A stretch of 64,000 nucleotides of DNA from Octopus vulgaris (lineage: Eukaryota): positions 49,290,001-49,354,000 of the forward strand of contig OX597816.1 of assembly GCA_951406725.2 (NCBI GenBank), in the 5' to 3' direction. Numbering within the stretch: position 1 is the first letter of the stretch; every line of letters begins with the position of its first letter. Below, in pieces: positions 1-12,793 of the stretch. The position numbers and the translations under genes are program-made. A model generated the notes under the pieces. That model saw only the letters and a list, made by a program, of their open reading frames with translations. It was not told the origin of the DNA and did no database searches.

Positions 1-1632
1 ATGTGTGCGCGTGTGTGTATGTATGTATGCATGCGTGTATGTAGGTATGTATGTATGTATGTATGTATGCATGCATGCATGTATGTATGTATGTATGTAT
101 GTATGTATGTATGTATGTATGTATGTGAGCGTGTTTGCACATATATAAATCTGTGATTTTACGCTGTCGTTACTTGTTCATTAACTATGAGAGGTCTGTG
201 TTCCATGAAAAACGAAACCGATTTTGGAACTTAGCCCAAAAATATTTTACGGAAATATATTTATCTAGCACTCCTTACTGGATCTCTCAACGTGTAAGGA
301 ATAATAAAGAATGAAGACTGCCAGTGGCACGCAATTAAACATTTCAACGCTCTCTGTAATTTTATTTCTATTTTTAACATTTATTGTGTATGAAGTTATA
401 TTACACATCATGAACGCACAAACATACAAATATATACATACATGCCTACGATATTTTGTTTAAGGCCATTTATTGTAGCTATCATAAATTCTTTTCCTAA
501 TCGTCTTTAAAGTCAATAAACTTATATAAACTTTTGGAATGCTATCATATATTGAAACGTAGGAAAAAGGAATTAAATTTAATAATTTGTAACAGGTTTT
601 TAGGATCGTGAAAGAAGGAAGAGTTATAGAAGTTTACAGAGTGTGTCCGAAGAACGGAGAAACGATACGTCTCAAGCGATTGAGACCTATGCTTTCTCTG
701 AAAACCCAAAAGGTAAAAGAACCAATGGTGTTGCGATGCAAAACGAGATTATTTTGGTAGTGGAGTGGAGAAGGCCAAAGTTCCACATAAGTTGTGCTGC
801 CAAACATCTAATGACATTTTACTCGCAGCAGTTGATATTCAGGACGCAAACAGAACATCAGTAATATCATAAAACCACGAGAGCAGCAATAGCAACAACT
901 GCAATATTAAAACTCAAACAGCCATTGCAGCAAGAAATGTGGCAACAAATGTAACAGCAACAACAAATGTTGTACTCACATCAGCATCACTAACTGTCAT
1001 AAAGAACACAAAGAAAAGATCCCATGATCATAACAACAACAACGTAAAATATCTAGTTCAGTGTCTAAGTATTACTGAGTTTCAGAGTTCAACTATTGTC
1101 ATATGCAGGAAGGACAGATCCGACTATCACATTGTATCAGAGTGAAGATAATATCTGCCTACTTTCTTTAGGTTAAAGGGGTAGACACTTTTCGTATGCG
1201 TGAAAATCTCTAAAAAATTTGCATGTTAGACGCAAAGTACTTAAGTGAGACAAGGTGAAGACAGAGGCGATGCCTCAATAAATTTGCTGAATGTTAGATG
1301 AGACGATGTATACTGTCTGAGAAAAAGGGTCTGCAACATCACTAATTTGAAGGCGAGAAAATGATAATTATGATGGAGAACTCTTCCCATATGATCAGAC
1401 TGATCCATGATGTGGGAGCGTCGATGATTGGTCTCCTAGGTAGAGCCTTCTCTCTTGCGAATACTCTTATATTTTAGTTATGTAGATGATTTTATTCATG
1501 TTATGCATATTTTCCATAAGTCCCTTCGGTTTATGAATTTCATTCTCTCCTTTTAACTGCGTCTTTTATGGGGCCTTCTAACAAGAAAAGAGCCGATATC
1601 ATTGTTATTATTATTATTCATAGTAATATGGT

Positions 1633-1908
1633 GAGGCGGTGACATAGATTCGTTAGAAATTCAAGTAAGATGCTCAGCAATATTTCGGCCGTCTTCACGT
1701 TCAAATTCTGCTGAGGTAGAATTTACCTTTCATCTGTTCGGCATCGATAACACGAGTACCAGTTGCTTACTGGGTCGATTACATCGACTTACCCCCTCCC
1801 ATAAAACTGATGGTAAATTCGACTTCCGCGGAATTTGAACTCAGACGGGAGAAATACCTCAAAGCATTTCGTCCGGTGCACTAACGATTCTTCCTGCTCA
1901 CCGCCTTA
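1633..1908. mobile_element. Two diverged SINE family B copies in inverted (tail-to-tail) arrangement
   Basis: The + copy at about 1633-1800 (ggcggtga..gttcaaattctgctgaggt..ttcatc..agtaccag) is followed by the 5' half of a - copy at about 1810-1908 (ggaatttgaactcag..ctcaccgcc). Confidence 0.75.
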
Positions 1909-2152
<244 letters not shown>

Positions 2153-2158
2153 TATTAA

Positions 2159-4420
2159 GTTCTATATTTAAGAGATGAGGAATTATGTATATTATTTACC
2201 TTATTTACATTATTTATATTTGACAGATATTTGTCCTCATCTTGTTTGTTGCTAACATTTCGGCTAATATACCCTACATTTTAAACCTAAGGTTATTTTT
2301 TTTATGTTGTTGCTATCATTATTATTTTTAAGGTCACTGCCTGGAATATACTCGGGATCTTGGGGTTAGTAGCCCGCGCTCTTAACCACTACGCCGTGGG
2401 CAATTAAGGAGTGAATTTTAGGGCTTATAAATTTAATATTCTCCTGTCCTTCCTTAATACCGGTTCCCATATGCTGTTCATATCTGCACTCGGTCTGCTT
2501 AGGAGGTTAGCATATGTGCTGCTACTTTTAGTTTTGATATTTCCCAGTGGTGTTCTCTGTCTATTATTTTAACACCATCCCATAGTGGAGGTGGTCTCCA
2601 TTTTCCCACACATGATCAGCTATACCCGATTTATCAATATCTTCCCAGGTCACAGCTTTGCAATGTCCCTCTACTCTTATTTTGAGGGGGAGGCATGTTT
2701 CGCCTTTGTATAACTTACCACAGCTGCATGGAACGGAGTACAGGCAGTTCGTGGTCATATTGTCTTCTATTGGTGGTGTTACTCGAAGGAGATATTTGCG
2801 AAGTGTTGTATTAATTTTGAATACTGTCCTGATGTCATATGGGTCGCATATATTTTGTATCTTTTCGGTGAGGCCTTTCACATAGGGTAGACAGTTTGTG
2901 GACAGTTTATCGGTTTCATTCTCTCTTTTCGTCATAATTGGAGTGGAGAGTTGTTGCTTAATAGATTATTAATTGGTGTGGGATAGTTGTTGCTTAATAG
3001 ATTATCACTGAGCTTGATAATTTATTCGTGGTGGGTACCACGGTCGCTACTTATATTCATCGCTCGATGTTTTAGGCTCTTTACAATGTATGGATGGTGG
3101 AAGTTAAAGTTGAGGCATCGTCCAGTGAATGTCGGCTTGCGGTATATGGATGTCCTGAATCCATACTTGGTGCATGTTATTAATACATTCAGGAATGCTA
3201 GCTGATTGTCTTTTTCCTTTTTCATTGTGAACTGTACGTATGGCTTTATTGAGTTCACATGATCTTAACAGCACTTGGACATCTTCCTGGTGGGGCCAGA
3301 GTATAAAGGTATCATCAACATATCGCAGGCATAGGTTTGGTTTTAGTGATGATGATCCTAAAGCTAAATCCTCAAAGTAGTTCATGTATATATTGGTTAT
3401 TATCAGTGATAATGTTGAACCCATAGCTAAACCCTCCTCTTGTCGATATATATCAGAGTCCATACTGAAGTAGGTAGTTTCTAAACAGAAGGTCAACATT
3501 TCCATTAAGTTTCTTATTGGTATACTGGTGAGTTCTTTTAGATGAGTGCCTGTCACCAGTTTTTCCTGAATCACCAATAGTGCTTCACCAGTTGGGACTT
3601 TGGCGAACAGATTTATCACATCTAGACTCACCATCTGGTTGGAATCAGTTGTGGTATCCTTGATCAATTCTGTGAAGTGGGTGGAATTCTTCACGTGCGA
3701 TGTTGACTTTCCTGCTAATGGACTGATTATATCCACAAGGAAACGACTCAGTGGATGACATGCTGAACCTCTACAGCTCACCATAGGTCTTAATGGAATA
3801 CCATCCTTGGGAATCTTAGGAAGACCGTACATGTGTGCCAGTTTACTGTAATGTTGAGTCAGTTGTTTGTACTTCATTGGTGTAAAGTGGTCCTTGTTCT
3901 TGATCAAGATCTGTGACAACTTCCTCTCTGTTTTCAAAGTAGGGTCTTTCTTTACTTTGCTGTAGCTACCATCACTTATAAGACTTGCCAATTTTTCAGA
4001 GTAGTCAGACGTGTTCATTACCACTGTAATATTTCCCTTGTCCGCTGGAAGTATTATGATAGAGCTGTCATTCCGTAGTCTTTTGATGGCTAACTTTTCT
4101 TCTTTGGTGATATTTGGTTTGGGAAGTTTCAGTTTTTATTATACTTGTCTCACTTTCCACCTTAGTCCATCTCCCTGAGTTTTTGATATCTTTTGGGCTG
4201 ACTCTTCAATAGGGGCTATTATGTCCAAGTATGGAATGCACTTGATGGTTGTCGGAAAGTTGAGGCCTTTGTTTAGTACTGCTGCTTCAGATCTTTCTAG
4301 ATGTCGGCTACTTACATTAATTAATGCTTTCACGGGTGGGTGACGGATTTCCGTCTTCATTCTCTGACTTTTGAGTTTCATGGACTTCTTAATCTGGCGT
4401 GTCTTCACCATTTCAAAGAG
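2159..4420 (-). mobile_element. Penelope-like retroelement (Penelope/Poseidon type), 5'-truncated and frameshifted: RT + GIY-YIG endonuclease + 3' pseudo-LTR
   Basis: Minus-strand ORF pieces 4411-4139, 4024-3104, 3258-3022 and 2935-2564 carry PLE RT motifs (LNKGLNF, MYGLPKIPK, PLRPMVS, MVSLDV, GLAMGS, LRYVDD, IYRKPT, CLPYVKGL) and a GIY-YIG domain (LYSVPCSCGKLYKGET..IADH). The last frame ends at about 2425. The pLTR (about 2159-2401) abuts a (TAC)n/(TAA)n array. Confidence 0.93.
2332..2401 (-). promoter_or_regulatory. tRNA-like (Ile-AAT-like) segment within the PLE 3' pLTR; B box damaged in this copy
   Basis: Minus strand reads gcccacGGCGTAGTGGttaagagcgcgggctactaaccccaagatcccgagtatattcc, starting about 25 nt after the ORF stop. 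An intact copy lies at 18035-18104. Confidence 0.65.
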
Positions 4421-4729
4421 AAATGTTTGTATATTATGATCGTCTGTCTTTACGTTCTGAGTTCAAATTCTGCCGAAGTCGACTTTGCCTTTTGTCCTTT
4501 GGGGGCTCGATGAATTACGCACCAGTTGGGTACTGGGGTCGATCTAATCAACCGGTCCCCTCCCCACAAAAATGGCAAGCCTAGAAAAGTATGTGACAGT
4601 TACAGAAAGTAATGTGACACCAATGACTATATAATCCCACCAAAATATTTTAGTTACACAAACGTGAACGGTATTATATTTAACCTTATAATACATCGTA
4701 CACATTCAAAGAATATTCTTTTCTGGTAT

Positions 4730-4930
4730 TCTTTTATTCTGTTACTTGTTTCAGTCATTTGACGGTGGCCATGCTAGAGCACCGTACTTTAGTCGAAGAA
4801 ATTGACCCCTGGACTTAATCTCTGTAAGCCTGGTGCTAATTCTGTCAGTCTTTTCTACTGAACAGCTAAATTACAGAGACGCAAACATACCAACATCGGT
4901 GTGAAGCAATAGTAGTGTTGGGACAAACAC
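4730..4930 (-). mobile_element. SINE family C, 3' half
   Basis: ttacttgtttcagtcatttgac..ggccatgctagagcaccg is the reverse complement of the tail of the full copy at 30149-30562. Confidence 0.75.
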
Positions 4931-5099
4931 AGAGAGAGGCAGAGAACCAGAGAGTAAGTGTCACTCCACAACGAAGTTTTCACCACTCTCTCTCTTACTT
5001 CCTCTCTGTCCTCCTGTCTCTCGCTTTGCCACTTCTTTCAAGTGTGACACACACCACAGGTACGTACAAAAACAAAAAAATTAGCGTATTATTGATAAT

Positions 5100-5200
<101 letters not shown>

Positions 5201-5203
5201 CAA

Positions 5204-5506
5204 TTTGATAAATATGGAAATCTGAGAATCGGGATCGCTTAGTTGTGGCAGCTTCAAGGGTCAAACATAAAGGTTATTCTTATTGTCATCGGAGCACTGG
5301 GTTGAATACTACCCAATCTGAAAACTTTAGAAATACCCTACAGTCTAAGTATATTGGAAAAGTCGGTATTACTTGGAACTGCACGCATGTGGCGCAAAGT
5401 ACTATCTGTCTGAAGCCCTTGTGACTTGATAAACAGTACAAACCCCCGGTAGACACAATATCTTCAATCAACAACCTCATGATATTGTATACTCCGCGAC
5501 TTCTAC
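5204..5506 (+). mobile_element. R4/Dong-type non-LTR retrotransposon 3' end, inside (TAA)n
   Basis: Decayed translation DKYGNL..IVIGALG..LEKSVLLGTA..RKVLS, the C-terminus of the restriction-like endonuclease (RLE). (TAA)n on both sides. Confidence 0.8.
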
Positions 5507-5581
<75 letters not shown>

Positions 5582-5622
5582 CATAATAATTAATTAATAA
5601 ATTTAAAAATTAATTTATGATG

Positions 5623-5670
<48 letters not shown>

Positions 5671-5828
5671 ATTATTATTATTTATTTATGTATTAATTTT
5701 TAAATATATATTTTATCTGTGAATTTGCGCGTGTAATCTGGGAATGCATACAATGAGCTTCTCTGCCCTAGGTGTATAGAAAACACTTGACGAGAAACGG
5801 AAGAAAATTTGAAGAAAGAAGAAAAAAT

Positions 5829-5862
<34 letters not shown>

Positions 5863-5863
<1 letters not shown>

Positions 5864-6054
5864 GGCCTGAAATTTGTGGAGAGGGGTTAAGTGGATTACA
5901 TCGACCCGAGTACTCAAATGGTACTTAAATTATCATCCAGAAAGGATAAAATGCAAAGTCGACCTCGGCGGAATTTGAACTCAGAACGTAGCGACGGGCG
6001 AAACACTGTTAAGCATTCAGTCCAGACTGCTAACGATTCTTCTAGCTCGCCGCC
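5863..6054 (-). mobile_element. SINE family B
   Basis: aaagtcgacctcggcggaatttgaactcagaacgt...gctcgccgcc, flanked by (TAA)n and (CAA)n. Confidence 0.85.
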
Positions 6055-6253
6055 CAAGTAACAACAACAACAACAACAACAATGATAGTTATTAATTTTA
6101 ATATTAAAATGTGTCAGTTGTAGAATGCACATACACACACTGATGCTACATACGTGAAGTGTCACAAAGATAATTTGACAATTATTATTGCAACACTACA
6201 GAATGCATTAATTTTGCAAATGTCCCGAACATCGCACACACACATATACACAT

Positions 6254-6331
<78 letters not shown>

Positions 6332-6856
6332 GCAGGTACATATATTTATGTAATTTCTCATAAGCAATATTCATTCTTTCGTGAATATATTTTTCTACAT
6401 TTTTCTGTGTACATATATAATTTTATTGTTAATGTTTTAGCAAGCGATATCGAAATTCTGTTGGAAAGCATTCTGTTAATTCATTTTTCACTAGATATTA
6501 GCTGGCAGGCAATCGAGATAACCGTTACAAATTTTTCTGATGAATAATTCATGTAATTCATAATTCCACTATGCAATGATGCAATACTGTGTGTAATGTG
6601 ACAATTTTTTTTCATATATTTTTCAAAACTCTGTTTTAACATTTGTGAATATTTGAAACTTATTTCAATGTAATCAGCAATAATTTTTTGATTGAATTTA
6701 TATTGGGGGTGACAAGAGATATTGCAATTTTCAATTGTAAAAAAAATACTATGTTACAAATAAACTACCAAATTACTTTCATATATATTGTCTTCTGCTT
6801 AATATTTTTTTATTGTGCTGCACATACCTATACATATATATATATATATATTATTT

Positions 6857-7149
6857 GTTTGTTTGTTCCTTATCGAGCCATTACCTGGCTCATAAGGGCC
6901 GTTTTCCCGGTTTACTTGGCGTAAAGGTTTCCCAACTGGACGGGACGCCGGTGAGCTGCAAGATGCAGGAGGAAAGACTGAGAGAAAGTTGTGGTAAAAG
7001 AGTCAGGTTAGTTCGTCATTACCTTCTGCCGGAGCCCCGTGGAGCTTAAGTGTTGCGCTCAAAAACACACACATCGCCCGGTCTGAGATTCGAATCCGCG
7101 ATCCCTCGACCGCGAGTCAGCTGCTCTAATCACTAGGCCATGTGCCTCC
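6857..7149 (-). mobile_element. tRNA-derived SINE with family A head but a different 3' body
   Basis: Minus-strand head ggaggcacatggcctagtgattagagcagctgactcgcggtcgagggatcgcggattcgaatctc (A/B boxes) matches family A. The 3' 100 bp does not. Confidence 0.8.
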
Positions 7150-7164
7150 ACACACACAAACACG

Positions 7165-7380
<216 letters not shown>

Positions 7381-7964
7381 GTATATTGCGCATTTACTGT
7401 ATTACATATGGCTGTCTTAATTTGTATAATTTACTCATCGCATTTTCATGCATTTGCCGATGTCGTTACTTTGCATTCATGCTCTTACTTTCTTCTTCTT
7501 CTTCTTCTTCTTCTTCTTCTTCTTCTTCTTCTTCTTCTTCTTCTTCTTCTTTATAATTCTGCAAGACAACAAAGCTGGGACACAAAATGAACGAGTGATA
7601 TACTCTTTCGTTTCTCTATGAGCAATGTGGACTATCACACCAGACGGGATTTTGGAGTTTGTAGATTTTATTTCGAACTTATAATGCCTATGTATAGTCC
7701 TTTTAGCCGAACTATATATAGAAGCCTATGCCAAAGAAATAGATTCCAAATTTTGACAAAAGCCCGGCAATTTCGTGTTGGGGCTAGGTTGATTACATCG
7801 ATTCCAGTCCTCAACTGGTGCTTATTTTATCGATCTCGAAAGGATGGAAGGCAAAGTTGACCACGGCGGAAATTAAACTCAGAAAATAAAGACAGGCAAA
7901 GCACCGCTAAGCATTTTTCCTGGCTTGCTAATGATTCTACCAACTTACCGAATAATATTTAACT

Positions 7965-8490
7965 CAGTGAATGCAGTAAACTATCGGGAAAAGAGTATAA
8001 GAGCAGGTATGGCAATGCAGGTACAAAGGGCGTGACAGAAAGTGATATGATCGAAAGCTAAAAGCTGTGACTGTAGGGTGATCACTACATGATTTTGTGG
8101 GCTTTCTCCACAAAAACCTGAATATACTGTAGAAGAATATGCTATTTAAGCAGAAACAAAATATGACGTAGAAGGTAAAGAAAAAAATAACTGATTAACA
8201 AAATTGAAAACAAACGCAGAAAGGCATTGTAATATCATAGATTTAGCAAATTAGTATAGTAGTAGATCGGATGTTACATCAATTAAGATAATTCTGAAAT
8301 ATAAGAACCTCGCCAGAGAGATGAGAATGTAGAACGCAAAGAAAAATGTCCGTGTCGTAATTGGTCCACTCGTAACAACACTTAAACAGCTAACTAAGAG
8401 GCCTGAGGGTACTGGAATTGTGACATGCATTGTCGACATTCAGTTGCACACCATCATGTAACTCTGCTGCAATCCTAAGAATCCTGTAAA
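7965..8490 (+). mobile_element. Old R4/Dong-type LINE endonuclease-region relic
   Basis: Decayed motifs EC..LSGKEYK, ILW, IIDLA, KYKNLARE, VVIG, ILR. Confidence 0.55.
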
Positions 8491-8919
8491 GAATCCGGTA
8501 TATTCACTCATTTTACAAATTTACTGGATAATAGGGGTAAATGAATCCTTCTTGCTTTGCTTTCCAAGTAGTACTTGGAAAAGTTGATGAAGGCTTCATA
8601 GAAAAGGAAAATGTTTGTCTTCAGTGCTTTCAATCGCATTCTTCACACGAGCTCTTTTACCAAAGTCACTAGATAGAGGAAAAGCGCCTGTGATTCCCGG
8701 ACAAAGGAAGGTTGTAGGGCGAGCTACAAAACTGAGCCGGTCGATAGCCGTATCCGGACTACACCTGATAGAAACTGCTTGACTTATCTCTAGATGATAA
8801 TGATGATGATGATCCCCATCATCACATTCACTAGTATTGTGAATGTTATTATTTCGTCTTTAACACCATGATCATCATGATCGTCATTGTGCTCATCATC
8901 GTTATCAACATCTTCATTA

Positions 8920-9185
<266 letters not shown>

Positions 9186-10108
9186 CTGCTGATGTTGCAA
9201 CATTTATTATTATGGATAACTCGGTTATCAAGACGAACCGATCACATAATGAAGGTAGCCGGAATCCTACGCAACCCGCTTTCATTTCAATATCACAAAG
9301 TCGCAGTACAATGCTCAGTTCTCCACACGCCGGATGTTCACTTCAAATAGGCTATTTGACCGGCTAAACATATATATCTTTCTCGGAAACGGAAAATTGT
9401 ACTGTCTTGAGTTATATTTACGTTGGTGTTAATAGTGGTGGTGGTAACGGAGGTGAAATTTTCAGCTTGAGTTGAAAGGACAATTTGAATATCCTTATTT
9501 CTTTTGTTTATGCTCATCGTTGTCGTTTCGTTCAGTATTGATGGCGCCAGTTCTGGAAACAGTACTGTTTGTTTCACGTCTTTTCATTTGTGTTATTTAC
9601 ATCTGTATTGTCGTTGACATTGCTATTGTGTTCCTACATTATTTTTTTCAAAGGTAGTAGCGAGAATTTGATAATATAGTGTCTGATGAAACAGCAAACA
9701 ACATACTAGATTTATGAAGACGTTTGTTTTTTAAACTGTGTAATTTTGCCATAAAAATGCTTCACAATTTGCTTTGAGGGAGCAAACTTTTCACAAAGGC
9801 AACTAGTTTCAAAAAGATGCTGACTTGTTTATAGCAAAAACCAAAATTACTCTAATCAAAACAACAAAAGTCATTGACATCATACCAGACGATACTATCG
9901 GCTGCAGTAATTCGCTTATATTTTATTTTATCCCTCCGCCCCACCAAATGATGTAAGGCACAGTCGATCTCGGTAGGATTTGCACCTAGAACGTAAAGAC
10001 CCGGAATAAACACAAATTATTCTTTCAACACTTTGCAACACTCTAATGATTCTGCTAAACTACGACCTTTCTGACATCGATGGTGACCATGATGATGTAG
10101 ATGATGAT

Positions 10109-10173
<65 letters not shown>

Positions 10174-10482
10174 CATAATCATAATCATAATAATAAGAAT
10201 AAGAATAAGAATGATGATAATAATAATCTCCTCCACCGTCACAAAAAAACTATCTCAAAAATCTACCTTCTAATTTCTTCCACTCGTCTTCTACTTCAAT
10301 CAAAATAGAGAAATATGATAAAAATAAAGCAATATAGAAATATCCCAGAAAGAATTGGATTTCTCTTACGCTGATTTCTTTCTCTCTTTTATTCTTTCAT
10401 TAAGAATGTATTATCTTTTTTCTGCCACATTGCAGCTGGAAGCTATATACAATGTATGAATATCGTTTTTACTACCGTACTG

Positions 10483-10591
<109 letters not shown>

Positions 10592-10906
10592 CATGTAAAT
10601 GAATAGGATAAAAATACAATGAATGGATATAAACAATAATAGACCAGAAAAACAATATAACCTTTCTATTACCTCTTATTCTATAAGTTATATTGCAGAT
10701 CATGATGATGATGATAATGATGATGATGTTGATGGGGATGATGATGATGATGATCGCCATCGTCACATTCACTAGTATTGTAAATATTATTATTATCGTC
10801 TTTAACACCGTGATCATCATGATCGTTATCATCATCTTCATTGTTATTATTCTAGTTATTATTATTGTTGCTGTTGTTGTTGTTGTTATTATTATTGCTA
10901 TTGTTG

Positions 10907-11007
<101 letters not shown>

Positions 11008-11573
11008 CTGCTGATGTTGCAACATTTATTATTATGAATATCTCGGTTATCAAGATGAATTGATCACATAATGAAGGTAGCCGACATCCTACGCAACCCG
11101 ATTTCATTTCAATATCACAACTCGCAGTACAATTTATACATAAGGTACATTACACATAGCACTAATACAATAGGATCATACACAGTAAATTCATCACCAA
11201 ACACGTACCGGACACAATCACTCGTCAAAACTAAAACACTACACAATTCACACAACACATATGCAGGACCATCACCACCAGACACTAAAATTCACAATAC
11301 AACCAGCATGACATATGCTGGACTCGATTACTTTATTCCAACAATTGATGATATATATCATAATGTTAAACGTAACTATTCCTAACACTGAAACATGTAA
11401 CACAAGTGGCATAACTCATGCCACACACAATGACACCTCGACAATAAAATGTATAACTAAACTGCCACATAATCCATATACACACCATCCATTAAAATTA
11501 AGGCACTCCCACATTACATATGAAAGACAATCCGTACACAGCACTAAGACACATAACATACTTTTCTGAGTCA

Positions 11574-11656
11574 GTTCATTACAGCTGTTTCTAACGCATT
11601 TTTAAATAGAATGTGTATGTTTCATCATTGCAAAAAATCGTAATCATCAGATGAAA
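11574..11656 (-). ncRNA. Type I hammerhead ribozyme motif with extended stem II (PLE pLTR type)
   Basis: Minus strand: ttcat-CTGATGA-(52 nt)-GAA-ACAGCTGT-A-atgaa. Stem I ttcat/atgaa; palindromic stem III ACAGCTGT; GUA cleavage triplet. Confidence 0.7.
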
Positions 11657-11907
11657 CAGCATTTCAAAACACTAGGACAGACTATCCCAAGAACATAAGT
11701 GGAACATGTCAGCATTCTTCTATGACAAAAAAGGATGTAAGAAACAGCTGTAATGAACTGATATTAATCCATCATCTGTTCTTATTCACGTGCTTATAAT
11801 ACACCATAGTGGCGGCGCAATAGTCCAGTGGTTTGTGCAGCGGAATCGCGGTCGTGGGATTGCGGTTTTGATTCGCAGACCGGGAGTTGTAAGTGTTTAT
11901 TGAGTCA

Positions 11908-11990
11908 GTTCATTACAGCCGTTTCTTACACATTTTTAAATAAAACGTGTACGTTTTATCATTGCAAAAGACCGTAGTCATCAGATGAAC
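11908..11990 (-). ncRNA. Second copy of the extended-stem-II hammerhead motif
   Basis: Minus strand: gttcat-CTGATGA-ctacg..ataaaacg-taca-cgttttat..tgtaa-GAA-ACGGCTGT-A-atgaac. 6-bp stem I. Confidence 0.7.
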
Positions 11991-12406
11991 CATCATTTCA
12001 AAACAATAGGAGAAAATATCCCAATAACACAGGTGGAGCATGTCAGCAATCTTCTATAACAAAAAAATTTGTAAGAAACAGCTGTAATGCCTTGCCGCAA
12101 ACAAGAAATACGAAGGACGTTCACCATCCGGCAGTGAAACGTTTAGTATATATGTGCATTCAACACCTAGTGAAGAAAACACTACTCGAACATGAGATGT
12201 CAAAGACTCAAATACACGAGAAAGACAATCACCCCGGGATAAAATAATACAAATCTCACTACATATACTGTACAGAACAAACAGACGGAACATTGATAGT
12301 ACCAGATATAGCTAAACGAACCCCATCACCGATGCAAGACAGATGAAATAAAGAAATATATTTCAGCGAAAGACGTCAATTACATGAGTGTACATTATGG
12401 TGTATT

Positions 12407-12793
12407 CGGAGCCCTCCGTCGGTTTCGACGACGAGGGTCCCAGTTGATACGATCAACGGAACAGCCCGCTCATGAAATTAGCGTGCAAGTGATTGATCAC
12501 TCCACGGACACGGGTACCTTTAACATAGTTCTCAGGGAGATTCAGCGTGACACTGTGTGTGACAAGGCTGGCCCTTTTAAATACAGGTACAACAGAAACA
12601 GGAATAAGGGTAAGAGAAAGTTGTGGTGAAAGAATGCAGCAGGGTTCGCTACAACACCCTGCCGGAGCCTCGCGGTGCTTTAGGTGCTTTCGCTCAATAA
12701 ACACTCACGACTGGAATCGCGGTCTGGGAATCAAAACCACGATCCTACGACCGCAAGTTTGCTGCCCTAACCACTGGGCCATTGTGCCTTCAC
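12407..12793 (-). mobile_element. SINE family A (tRNA-derived head, about 385 bp), full length
   Basis: Homologous to 18782-19164. 11-bp TSD tatggtgtatt at 12396-12406 and 12794-12804. Confidence 0.92.

Noticed and set aside
640-864. Possible exon or ORF with AG/GT-like borders
   Set aside because: Weak splice signals, no homology cue and no partner exons.
9683-9700. CTGATGA matches here and at about 6537, 23556 and 44258 (minus)
   Set aside because: No properly placed GAAA with stem I and stem III pairing, so not hammerheads.
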